Below, in pieces: positions 40,168-51,660 of a stretch of 64,000 nucleotides of DNA. Each line of letters begins with the position of its first letter. The stretch's first letter is position 1. Source of the stretch: Lama guanicoe. Taxonomy: Eukaryota. The stretch covers positions 5,393,401-5,457,400 of the forward strand of contig MU055008.1 in the NCBI GenBank assembly GCA_013239625.1. Direction: 5' to 3'. Below the pieces are notes generated by a model. It made no database searches, was not told the origin of the DNA, and was given only the letters and a program-made list of their open reading frames with translations. The position numbers were made by a program, and so were the translations under genes.

Positions 40168-40835
40168 GGATGGACCTAGAGATCGTCATTCTAAGTGAAC
40201 TAAGCCAGAAAGAGAAAGAAAAATACCATATGAGATCACTCATATGTGGAATCTAAAAAAAAAAGGACACAAATGAACTTCCTTACAAAACAGAAACAGA
40301 TGCACAGACATAAAAAACAAACATATTTACCAGAGGGGGGAAAAGAGGTGGGAAGGGATAAACTGGGAGTTCGAGATTTGCAGGCACTAACTACTATATA
40401 TAAAATAGGTAAACAACAAGTTTCTACTGTACACCACAGGGAACTATAGTCAATATCCTGTAATAACCTATAATGGAAAAATATGAGATCACTCATATGT
40501 GGAATCTAAAAAAAAAAGGACACAAATGAACTTCCTTACAAAACAGAAACAGATGCACAGACATAAAAAACAAACATATTTACCAGAGGGGGGAAAAGAG
40601 GTGGGAAGGGATAAACTGGGAGTTCGAGATTTGCAGGCACTAACTACTATATATAAAATAGGTAAACAACAAGTTTCTACTGTACACCACAGGGAACTAT
40701 AGTCAATATCCTGTAATAACCTATAATGGAAAAGAATATGAGGAGTATATGTATGTATATGTATGACTGAAACACTATGCTGTACACCAGAAACTGACAC
40801 AACATTGTAAACTGGCTATACTTAAATTAAAAAAA
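40168..40835 (+). mobile_element. Young L1 3' end containing a 253-bp tandem duplication
   Basis: 14-bp TSD AATTTTCCATGTTT (40154-40167, 40836-40849), A-tail; 40228-40480 is repeated as 40481-40733. Confidence 0.92.
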
Positions 40836-41727
40836 AATTTTCCATGTTTACCTTCATAATTTGTCCTCTTGGGGTCTTAGGCACCCACCACTCATACTGA
40901 TTTTGAGCAACCACAGCGAGTCATGGGGTAGACGCCTCTTCAAACTCACCTAAACCACCAGATGAGAATGTGAACATTGCTATGAAGAAATAAAAATAAT
41001 AATTATACGAAGTCATAGTCTTTCTGTCCATGGAAGTGCCTTCGGGGCAGATTTCACCTTTCTGAACGCAAGCAGCCACAACCATGGCTTCTGGCCAGCC
41101 GACTCTGTGCTTTTGCCCGGTACCTCCGAGAGCCACTAACCACCTGAGTCAGGAGGCGCCAGGACCCAAACCAAGCATGCACGGACAAGGCGCCTTAGTC
41201 ACTGGCCCAAGATACCCAGCTGCGTTTCATCATGCAGGATGGAGCCAGTAAAGAGCATGAGTAACAGAAGGCAAATGAAGGAGAACTTCAGACATGACGA
41301 TTTGGTCATATCCCAGCATCCGACAAACGAAATTTCACAGTCCCTCTCCCGCTCGTTGACCACAAGATAATTTGTTGGCAGGACAAGTTAGCAAACTCAC
41401 CAAGCCTACCCAAAATGAGAAACAAGCTCACAAAATCAGCACAGAGGGGAGAAGCCTGCATTTCTTGGTACCTGCTTTATCCTCTTACAGTCCTTTGCTT
41501 GAATTTACAACGTAAACTTAGAAGGTTTTATTTGGATGGCATCGAGACAGAATGTAACATTCTTCTGCCAGCCCATTTTGCACTAGATATTAGTAGATTT
41601 ACTGAGAGATGTAGATATTCATATCAGCTTTTAAAATGATCATGAATAATGTTTTTCAGTTAAAACATTGTTTCCCATGATGTTAAACAAAATACCAATT
41701 TTATCACAATATAGTTAAAGACAAAGA

Positions 41728-41799
41728 TTTTTTTCTTTATTTTTTAAAAATTTGGGGTGGGTAAGTAGATTTGTTTATTTATTTTTAGAGAAGTTACTG
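41728..41799 (-). mobile_element. 5'-truncated Vic-1-type SINE
   Basis: Tail portion only, flanked by TSD TAAAGACAAAGA (41716-41727, 41800-41811). Confidence 0.7.
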
Positions 41800-41875
41800 T
41801 AAAGACAAAGAGTTTTGAAGTACTCTAATGGTACTTAAGTTCTATCTCGATAAAGCTGTTGAAAAAAATCCAGTG

Positions 41876-42137
41876 CTCAATTCACAGATACAGAGAACAA
41901 GCTAGTGGCTACCAGTGGGGAGAGGGAGGGGGGAAGGGGCAGGTTAGGGGTAGGGGAGTAAGGGGTACCAACTACCAGGTATAAAATAAGCTACAAGGAT
42001 GAAGTGTACGACACGTGGAATGCAGCCAGGATTTTGTAATAACTATAAGTGGAGTATAACCTTTAAAAATGGTGAATCACTACATTGTACACCTGAAACT
42101 TATATAATATTATACAGCAACTATACCTCAATTAAAA
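41876..42137 (+). mobile_element. L1 3' end with G-rich tract
   Basis: CACAGATACAGAGAACAAGCTAGTGG...TGTACACCTGAAACT...CAACTATACCTCAATTAAAA. Confidence 0.85.
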
Positions 42138-42544
42138 TATGTACTATGCTCATATTTCAAACGTTTCAATATTGTGGAAATTTTAAATCCTGAGCACATA
42201 CTGACTTAAACCTTTGTGATCATTTTTACCCTTTGGAAAACTGTGCTTTCCCAGTTCAAGGGGACCTCAAAGAGCTTTTGCAGAAATCAGAGAGCTGTCG
42301 TTTTATTAAGAGAACTGATTTGACTATTGCTTTGTTAATTTCAGAATTCTTAATCATCCAGCTCATATCTAACCAGGCAAACCAAATTTCATGTGTAGCT
42401 TTGAAAGCAAATAGCATACTGGAATTCAAACACATTGAATGGCTTACTTCAGTGTTTCTCAAAAAGCAGTAAGGCACAGTTCTTAAGAACATGAGCTTAG
42501 AATCCGTAGACTTTGGTTCGCAATCCTGGTTCCAAAGCTGAGTG

Positions 42545-42865
42545 ATAGCGAGCCTTAGCTGGAGATGCCGTAACAAAATACCTTTGTCTGGGCGGCTTCA
42601 ACAACTGACATTCGCTTCTCACAGTTCTGGATTCCAGGAAGTCTGGGATCAGGGGCCATCATGGCACAGGTTCTGGTGAGAACTCGAGCGAGCTCTGGCC
42701 TGTCTTCCTCTTCTTGTGAGGACCCTACTCCCATGGTGGGGGCTCCCCCGTCATGGCTTCATCTGAACCTGATCACCTCCCAAAGGCCACACTTGCTAAC
42801 ACTATTGCACTGGGAGTCTGGGCTACAAATATGAATTGGTAAGGGATACAATTCAATCCACAGCA
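42545..42865 (-). mobile_element. MLT1A-type LTR nested in a MIR fragment (from ~42470)
   Basis: GCCGTAACAAAATACC...CAATTCAATCCACAGCA, with MIR-like GGTTCGCAATCCTGGTTCC immediately before it. Confidence 0.75.
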
Positions 42866-45800
42866 GTGGACCAGGTACTTAATTTACCTCATTCTCCTGG
42901 CCTCTTTGTGACAGGTTTTCACTTTTTCTCCTGGGACTGTTTTTTCCAAATTTTCTATCTCCTAGGAGGTATTATGTAGGTACATGATAAAGGGAGAAAT
43001 GTGGGGATAACTGGTTGCCCATGAAGTCCCTTCTCTTGGCTCCACTGGAAATGCCCCCATCTCCCAGGTGTGCTGGGAGAGTCCTGGCACCTGGGCTCAG
43101 GCTCCTGAGACGCCCGGGTGCTGGGGGCCCTAGTCCTTCCCTGACATCACTGCCCCTTGGTGACTGTGTGACTGCAGCCTGGTGGGAGCCTTCCTATGAC
43201 CCTTTGGGATCCAAAGAAAACACCACCACCAAAATCCACCGTATAGCTAACTACGTAGGCCTTTGAAAAGTAAGCCTCACCACCAGGAAAGAAAGTAAGG
43301 ACCCCCACATAGAGGTTGTGGGAAATGTCCGTTCACGCAGGTACGTCCATGTTATCCAGAAAGTCATTTTCAGTAGGTCATGCACTGATGACTAGTCATT
43401 TTCTCCATCTTTTTTATTTTCCAGATGGGACATAGTAATGGGGCAAGCTACTTATACCTTTCCTGTTTCCCCTTTTAGTGGGAAAAACACACTCTCTTTC
43501 CATATCTAAAGTGGAATTGAACATTTCTTGTAAAATATACACCTCAGGGAAAAACCCATTGCTATTTTGAACCTCTTCCTCCAATTCTTCAGTTCCTGGT
43601 AGAGTGGCCGTTGCGTTTGCCCTCTGACTTCTACTTTCTGAGCTGGAGAGTTATAACAACTTACTTGCTTCTTAGTGTATGAGAATGCTGTGTTTCTTCA
43701 AATGACAAAAACTGTTTTACTTTTAAGCTGCGATGATTTTTCTTCCGTATTCCTGTGTGTGGCACCCACTTTGCATCAGCTTCTAAAGTAAATAGTAGTT
43801 ACACACATATTGACAATATCTTAGCAGCATGATTGGGATTTTTTCCAACAGTTTAATGCTCAGTTATCCCAGTAAATGATTTCAAGTTAAAGCCTACTTC
43901 GTTGGAAACACAGAAAATGGTTCCTATATTTAAAATAAAACAAAATCTAATGGTAAGGAAGGAACTGTGACAAGTACACGGAGTCAGTATTTTTACGTCA
44001 TTTCCTCTTAGAGACAAAATTTAGTAAGTTCTCAGCCTACTGGATGGCAGGTATTTGGAGCAGGAGGCTGGTATTAGGCAGAGTTTGGGGTTTTTTTTTT
44101 TTTTTTTTTTTTTGACCTCGTGATTTCTAGGCATTTTCTGAGTCACCGAATTGTTGCTATCCATTTTATTTCTGTAAATCACTTTCTTTCACCATTCTTC
44201 CGATGATCAAAGAGCATGTTGTCTGAAGGACTTCATCTTATTCAAGATTGCCTGAAACCTCTCCACATTTCTCTGTGTTCAAGTAGATAGTTGAGACTCA
44301 GACAATATCTCCTTTTGGACCCATTTGAAATGACACATTTCAAAGTATCTCTGTATTAAAAGAGGTCATTCTTTCCTGTGGAACAAGAAATTAAGTGAAT
44401 GTGCTTGGCACGCTGGGGCTGTTCCTAGGGTGTGAGAACAAACCTTCTTGATTTTAGATCCCAGAGTTATGATCCTCCCTGGAGTGTTTCAAATTCATGG
44501 GAGACAAGGAGGGGCTGGGGTGCGGGGAGCCACTGGCATTTGGGGAGGAGTCGCTAAAACGGTCTAGAAGGCAAAGGACAGGGCCATGCAGGAAAATTTG
44601 TTTCATCCATGAGTGTTAAGTGTTGAGAAACTCTGAGAGGAGCCGTCGGCTCACAGACTCTTAGGACATAAGGGACCTTCCCATCCAGCTCGGCTCCCCC
44701 ATTATCCACAGAGCAAGCTGAGGACACACATCTCTCTGCCCAGCGTCCTTTTTTCCCCGGCCCCACATTACAGCAGTTTTCATCAGAAACCACAACGAGC
44801 CCCAGATCCACTTCCTCATTTCTAAAATGACCCTCTTAGTCACGGCTCCGATCAGCTTTCTGTGGGGACCCACGCTCATGCACGTCAGCGGCACAATCTT
44901 TTGTTGGAAAATGTCAAGCCAGTGTTCACACTGACCTCCGGTTGGGTTCTGGAAGCGTGGATGACATGTGCTGACCGGTAATACTGCCTGTGGTGTGATG
45001 CTGTAGTCGCCTCACCGGGGCAAGAAGCAAACTTGAGGTGACGGTGGAACAAGACCGGGGTGTGCAGGGGGACTGCTTTTGTGGCTTTGCTTCGCTTCTG
45101 CCTCCTGGTTGAGTTCATGTCCCACGGAGAAGCCCCCAGGGCTGCTGAACCAGAAGCCAGTCCACCTGCCCCCGATTGCAGGCACGGGGCGCAGGAAGGG
45201 TGGTCTGGGGGCTCTCACACCGCTGATAGGGGGCCGGAGAAGCTTTGTCAACATAAAGTCACGTGTCAAATGCCTCCATCTCTCTGATCGGTCCCTGGCC
45301 TTCAGGACTTGATCTTGAGGCTTGCATGGCACAGCCTTATGCAGCTTCCCTCCCGGCGCCCAAGGACGCTCGCTGACCCCCGTCTCGCTCGTACTGCTGT
45401 ATGCAAAGACTTAAAGGACAGTCCCATGTACGGCCTTTTACTCTGACCTAGAGCTGTGCTTCCTGAGAGCAGGGCTATGACTCATTCACCTGCTGTCTCC
45501 CAGACCAGCACGGCTCCTCAGACAGAGAAAATGCTCAGAAAACACTTGTTGAGTGACTAAGGAAAGGAATCCGAAAATCAGATTTTCCCTCACTCATTTA
45601 CAAGTTTTAAAAGGTACCAGGTACCTTTTTCTTTTTCTTTTTTTTTCCCTAAACTTCTCTTTTTAGATCAATATTTTGGAGTTGACAGAAAGCATGATCA
45701 TTAATTCATTCAGGCATTCAGTCCACAGGTAGCCACTGGGCCATCTCCCTGGTTCCGGGACCTGGGCTAGATGTGGAAATACAGCAGGCCACAGCAAGGT

Positions 45801-46529
45801 CCTTTTCCAGCGCTAAGCCTGGGACCAATTACCAACTGTCATGTGTGCCAGGAAGGAAAAGGAGTGCTCAGTAGAGGACTTAACCATGTCTAGGAGGCCA
45901 GGGCAACTTCCCTGAGGAGTGACGTTTTAAATAGCTATTCAAGCGGGACTCAGCCAGGAGCAGATTCGGGTGCTCCAGGCAGAGAGCAGCCCCGGTAAAG
46001 GTCCTGAGACCTGAAGACGGGCCCGGAGCTGGACTGTGTCAAGGGCAGGACCTGCGCCAAGAGGTAGCAGGAGCCACTGGTGGTCACGATGCCGGGTTTT
46101 CTCCTGAGAGCCAACAGAAGGGCACTTGGAAGGGCTATAGAGAGAGAAGGACAGGCCATTTCCTAACGCTCACGGTGGGAACGTCTCAAAGAAGAGGATG
46201 CGGTGATGTATTTTCTGAGGCTCACGTGCCAGCCTGCTTCCCAAGATGCATCCTCTTCCTCATGCTCCAGGTCCCATCTGTGGAGCATCCTGCAAAGAAC
46301 TGGGCGGGGCTTCCAGCCATCCCTTCAGATAAACAGGCTGCCCTGAGCTCAGGTAAAAGCATCACTGGCCATCCACACACGTCACCCTCCGCCAGGACCC
46401 TCAGGACAGCCCACGGTGAAGGAGTCCTCCCAGGAGTGAAGATGGGGGTAGGGGATGACTCAGGAACCAGCCAGAGAGATGGAAAGAAGGATGGCGTAGC
46501 TGAGGGGAGAAATGGGCAGGGATTTAAAA

Positions 46530-46773
46530 AAGAGAAAAGAAATCGTAACAATTATATTAGATATTAATCCAACCAAATCAGTAAGCACTTTGAATGTCAA
46601 CGGTCTAAATGCACCAATTAAAAGACAGATTATGACAGTGGACCACTGTCTATAAGAAACAAGACCAACCATATATTGTATATAAGAAACTCATTTTAAA
46701 TATAAAGGCATGTATAGATTAAAAATAAGTGGATGGAGATATAAATGAATGCTAACACTAATTTAAAAAAAGT
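46530..46773 (+). mobile_element. Old L1 fragment (start of ORF2 endonuclease region) hosting the retrocopy
   Basis: ACTTTGAATGTCAACGGTCTAAATGCACCAATTAAAAGACAG encodes TLNVNGLNAPIKRQ, the L1 ORF2 N-terminal motif; the frame is decayed. Confidence 0.85.
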
Positions 46774-46781
46774 AAAAAAGC

Positions 46782-48324
46782 ACCCTGGGCCCAGAAGGGT
46801 GATGTGGCTGGGGCTTCGCTGGCCTCACTATGTCTGCCATTTTCAATTTTCAGAGTCTGTTGACTGTAATCTTGCTGCTTATATGTACCTGTGCTTATAT
46901 CCGAACCTTGGCATCCAGCCTCCTGGACAGAAATAAAACTGGGTTATTGGGTATATTTTGGAAGCACGCCAGAATTGGCAAACGGAAGAATCCTTACGTT
47001 GCAGTATGCTGTATTGTAATGGCCTTCAGCATCCTCTTCATACAGTAGCTTGGAAAAGTGCCAGAATTCAATTGTCATCAGACTGAATTTTGATATAAAA
47101 AAAGGACTTACTGCAGAAAATAATGGAATGAATGGTTAACCCTTTTATCTCTGAACATTGAATGACAAATTTCCAGCTGCTATTCTCTATTTTTGTTATT
47201 GGACCAATGTTCTATGTAAATAATTAGGATGTAACCATTTACTACTTAAAGAGTTAAATATGTCTGTAACAGCCAACCTCAGTACTGTCACTACAATATC
47301 ACATTCTGCATATGTCAGTCTGTTGTGTCAGATACCGGTTTTTGGTGAGGTGTCTTTAAGGCACATAGTAGGAAACAAAATTGGTAAATTACTCAAGTTC
47401 CTTCCACTGTGATTTGGAAATGATAAATCTTTATAGAATGAGAAGTTTTTTTGGACTAGATTTTTGTTGAAAAAAAAAAAAGGTTCAATTTGTGTGGGTA
47501 AAGATTGCATTCATATTGCATAAGGCTTGCTTTTCCCCTGGCCACACCATTTCAAGCATTAACCAGAGTACCTCTACTCTTAGCAAACTAGTTTATTACA
47601 GATGTTTAAACTATTTAAAACAAGCCTATGCAGTTTTTAAGGAGGAAGGTAAAATCAGATGACTTAAAAGTAGTATTGAGGAAATGTTCGTATTTAATAT
47701 CAAAGAATTTAGAATATCTGACTGGTGGTGTAGCCTCTGAAACCTCTCTGGTAAAGTATAGATAAATGTCCTAAGCATAAATTTGACCAGCTAACTGTCA
47801 TTCTCTGAATGAGATTACGTGCTTAGAGTAAAAAGAACAAAACAGGACAACTAGAGAATGATAATCCTTTATGTGTTTTCATTCTTTCTACTGTCAGGTC
47901 TTCACAGTTTAATTACTGCAAAATACAAACTGTATGTGTTTTTTTTTTAAATACAGCACTTTAAATCTAGCTTATGTTTTGTCTATTAACTTTAACTGGA
48001 ATCTTTTGTGTAACTTAGTAAGTGATGATACACAAAAATTCAAATCTACTTACCTGTATACCATGGCATAAATATCCTTTGGCTTTGATGATAAAAGGAA
48101 GACCTTCAATAATTTGCATCGAAATGCTGAAAACGTGACTTATAAATTTTGTAGTAAAGCAGTTATTATACATTTATGGTTAACATTTCTTAAGAACCAA
48201 AATAGAACTTCTTAGCTAAAAATTGCCCACTATAGATAGTATTAATTAGATACTGTTCTCAGCTATTAATTCCCTATAAAGGTAAAAAGAATAAACGTTG
48301 GGTTTTTTTTTAAATAAAAAAAAA
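46782..48324 (+). pseudogene. TMEM167A: Processed retrocopy of TMEM167A (protein Kish-A) mRNA: short 5' UTR, intronless ORF, ~1.27 kb 3' UTR, poly(A) remnant
   Basis: Intronless ORF 46830-47048; AT-rich UTR-like sequence to AATAAA at 48290-48295; A-tract 48312-48324; candidate TSD AAAAAAGC at 46774-46781 and 48319-48326. Confidence 0.93.
46830..47048 (+). CDS. TMEM167A: Intact 72-aa Kish-A-like ORF of the TMEM167A retrocopy (expression unknown)
   Basis: [25 protein letters not shown]...[18 protein letters not shown], full length with no stop or frameshift; about 5 substitutions relative to the human protein as recalled. Confidence reflects doubt that it is translated. Confidence 0.45.
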   Translation: MSAIFNFQSLLTVILLLICTCAYIRTLASSLLDRNKTGLLGIFWKHARIGKRKNPYVAVCCIVMAFSILFIQ

Positions 48325-48892
48325 GCTGGAAGAAATGAGGAGGATGCAGGTGGATAAAATGGAGGAAGAAGATAGAAAAGAGAAACAAACACAGGACTGG
48401 TTCATTCTGACTCAACATCCCTGTGCTGAGCCTGACAGGGTGTGGCTTCTCCCATTACAGCCCGACAACAACCCTAGGAGATAGATCTGGCTCTCAAAGT
48501 TTTGGGGACTGAGGTCAGCCTGCCCCTGCTTGCAGCCTCTCAGAATATGGGATGTGGTCCCACCTCCTCTGGCCCCACTTCCGTTAGAACTTTCCTTCTG
48601 CCACTGCTTTAATGGGTATTGGCCCCAGCTGCCCTGGACCCTTAAGTTGAAGGAGAAATGGGAAGTTTGCATGACCCCCTTGTCTGTTGTGTGCAGAATG
48701 CCCAGTGGCCAGTCTAATCTGACACCTGAAAACGACAAGTCTGGAAGACTATTTTTCTTTTGTGCTTTTTAAAATTTTTTCAGATGCAGCCAAGGAGTAG
48801 AAAGATCTTTGAATATAAGTTAGAACAGGCCCAGCTGCCACTCACGCCACCTCATCGTGCCGAGCTGTGCTGGGTGGGCCTTTTATGTACAC

Positions 48893-49570
48893 CAGAGGTG
48901 CTCAAACTTGAGCGTGCGTTCCAGTCACCTTCAGGGCTTGTGAAAACACAGAGCTTCTGATTCAGTAAATATATTCTTAGCTGCGTAAGGAAATAACACA
49001 AGTTGAGTGACCTAACGCAACACCCACTTACTAGCCGACAGGTCTGTCGTCAGTAGTCCGGGCGCGGTGCGCTGTGGCTGGCTTCTCTGCCCCGGGTCAT
49101 ACAAGGCTGGAATTAAGTCATCAGCAGGACTGCCTTCCTTTCTGGAGGTCTGGGGAAGAATCTGCTTCTGCAAACATTCAGATCCCTATTTCTTTACAGG
49201 GTTACCCTCCTTCTGAGAGGCCACCCCGATCCTTGCCACCTGGCCCTTCCTCCTTCAAGCCAACAGGAAGGAATCTCTCTCAGGTCAAATCTCTGACTTT
49301 GGGAAGAGACTGGTCTCTTTCAGGAGCTCACCCTGGCTAACTAAGCTCCCCTTCACAAACCATACTGTGTAACATAATCTAATAATGGGTAAAATCCACC
49401 TTGGCCATAGTCCTGGAGATAATGCCCAGCGTGTTTCCGGCGGGTGGGATAGTGGACCACATTAGAATTCTGCCTGCCACAGGAGGTGGGGCAGAAATTT
49501 GCACTTCTAACAAATTCCCGGGCGATGAGATAGCTACTGCTCTGGAAATCACGTGGTAAGAACCACTTAC
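48893..49570. mobile_element. MER5A split by an MLT1 LTR (~48967-49480)
   Basis: CAGAGGTGCTCAAACTT...TTCTGATTCAGTA resumes after the LTR as GAAATTTGCACTTCTAACAAATTCCC...AGAACCACT. Confidence 0.7.
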
Positions 49571-49867
49571 CTAGGCTAATGCCACCACCTTTGACTTAGA
49601 CGTGCCTAGTTTGCAGATGGGGAAACCCACAGTGTTAAGTCTAGAGGTAATATTCAAAATACACAGCAGCTAGTACCTCGTGGGCACTGACCCATCAGAA
49701 CAGATGTCAAACCAATCAGGACAGACTCGGCTACAGGTAACCACCGTGGTCTTGCTGGCCAGCACCTACTGACAGAGGACGCCCCCGCCCCCACCCCCAG
49801 CAAGTGAGGGCTGGAGCCGGTGCGCATGTCAGAGCCGGTGCTTGGACTGCTCCACAAACGAAGGTTA

Positions 49868-50076
49868 CTTTTTTGCTCCATTTTTGTTTTCTTGAAATAC
49901 ACTCAGTTTACAATGTTGTGTCAATTTCTGGTGTGCAGCATAATGTTTCAGTCAGACATATACATACATATATTCCTTTTCATATTCTTTTTCATTATAG
50001 GTTACTACAAGATACTGAATATAGTTCCCTGTGCTGTACAGTACAGACTTGTTGTTTATCTATTTTATATATAGTA
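49868..50076 (-). mobile_element. 5'-truncated lineage-specific L1 3' end
   Basis: TSD TCCACAAACGAAGGTTA (49851-49867) / TCCACAAACTAAGATTA (50077-50093). Confidence 0.88.
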
Positions 50077-50224
50077 TCCACAAACTAAGATTAAAGAGAA
50101 AATGTCCCACTAAGGCTAAGTCAGAAGAGGAAACAAAAAGATATTTTATTGATTCCAAAACCTGTCTTCTTTTCTTTCAGTCTGTTCTATGTTCTATAAA
50201 GCCACTTTCCTCAAGGTTAAAATC

Positions 50225-50645
50225 TGCATTAGTTTCCTGTTGCTGCTGTAACAAATTACCAGTTTCAGTGCCTGAAACTGCACAGATTTGTTTTCTTACT
50301 ATGGAGTTCTGGAGATCAGAATGCCAGAATCTGTCTCAGTGAGCTAAAACCAAGAACCAAAAATGTTTCCCTGCCTTTTTCCAGGTTCTAGAGGCTATTA
50401 CCTTGGTCCACAGCCTCACATCACCACAGTCTCTGCTTCCATCATCGTGTCTGGGTCCAACCTGACCCTCCTGCCTCCTTCTTATAAAGACCTGCCCCCA
50501 GACCACCCAGGGTCATCTCCCATCTCAAGGTCCTTAACTTAGTGCCACCTGCAGAGTCCCCTCTGCCGTGTCACGTCATGTGTTCAGGGCTGCCAGGATT
50601 AGGACAGGGGTGTCTCTGAGAGGCTGTTCCTCTGCCTGCCTCACT
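50225..50645 (-). mobile_element. MLT1D-like LTR
   Basis: TGCATTAGTTTCCTGTTGCTGCTGTAACAAATTACCA start and typical MLT1 body. Confidence 0.8.
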
Positions 50646-51129
50646 ACCCAAGGCCCACGTGTATGTGGACCACAGCAGCGGCAGCTCTCCCAGAACCGCC
50701 TGTTGCCAAGGCCTTTGGAGACACGAGGGCATTAGCGTCACGAGCAGGTTCTGTCATTACTGTCCTCCTTTTTCACACGAAGAAACTGAAGCACTTGGGA
50801 GTTAAGGGCCTTACCCAAGATCACACAGCCAGGAAATGGGACCACCAGGATTCAAACCCAGACGGTCTGGTTCCAGAGTCCACGCTCTTTCCCACTCTGC
50901 TGCACACCCCTCGTCCGTGGACAGACGGAAAGCAGGCCACTTCATATAAATGGCAAGAAGCCAAAGTCACCATCCCGCCTCAACCCCTCCCCTCCCCTCC
51001 CTCTGACCCCCACTGCGCCTGTTAAGGACCCTTCTCCCAGGTGGGAAAGCGATCAGTCACTTTGGTCTGTCCTTCCTTGCTTTCCAAGTGTCCTCAGTAA
51101 CAAGGCCTAGTCACTTCGGCCTGCCTCTG

Positions 51130-51660
51130 AAATGTTTCAGCAACTGTTGCTGGGACACAAGCCACCCAGAACTCAGTGGCTTAAAACAGCAACGGTCCTT
51201 GTTCTGCTCATGGATCTAAGTGTGTGCAGAGATGGTTCTTCTCCCCTCAGTGTGGCATCTGCTGGGTTTGCTTGGCTGGGAGCCCGCTCTTGGGATGTCA
51301 CACTCACATAGCTGGTGAATCGTGCTGGCTGAGCCCACTGGGAGCTCGGCCAGGGCTCTGGGCAGGGGCCCCGGCCCCTCTCCACGTGGCCTCCCCCCGG
51401 CCTGCTTGGGCTTCCTGACAGTATGGTGACCGGGTTTCAAGAGATCAAGGCAGAAGTGCATGGCTCCTTATGACCTCACCTTGGAAGACACATGGTGTCA
51501 TCTCCACTATACAGTGTCGGTAGAGACACTCACAAAGGCCCTCCCACATTCAAGGGCAGGGAATACACACCCCTCATCTGGATGCGGGAGTGGCTAGATT
51601 CCACAAGGGCAGGTTGGGTGGGAGACTTGTGGCATCTATCTTTAGAAAATTCCGTCGGCC
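51130..51660 (-). mobile_element. Old MLT1 LTR
   Basis: ACTCAGTGGCTTAAAACAGCAA...CCCACATTCAAGGG motifs. Confidence 0.7.

Noticed and set aside
40246-40702. Two identical 67-aa ORFs suggesting a duplicated gene
   Set aside because: They are translations of the duplicated L1 3' UTR segment.
41917-41967. G-quadruplex-like G-run cluster
   Set aside because: It is the ordinary G-rich tract of an L1 3' UTR.
45609-45629. 10-bp-arm inverted repeat AAAAGGTACC-A-GGTACCTTTT followed by Ts, resembling an intrinsic terminator
   Set aside because: Bacterial terminators are not meaningful in a mammalian intron; it is explained by a 7-bp duplication of a palindromic site.
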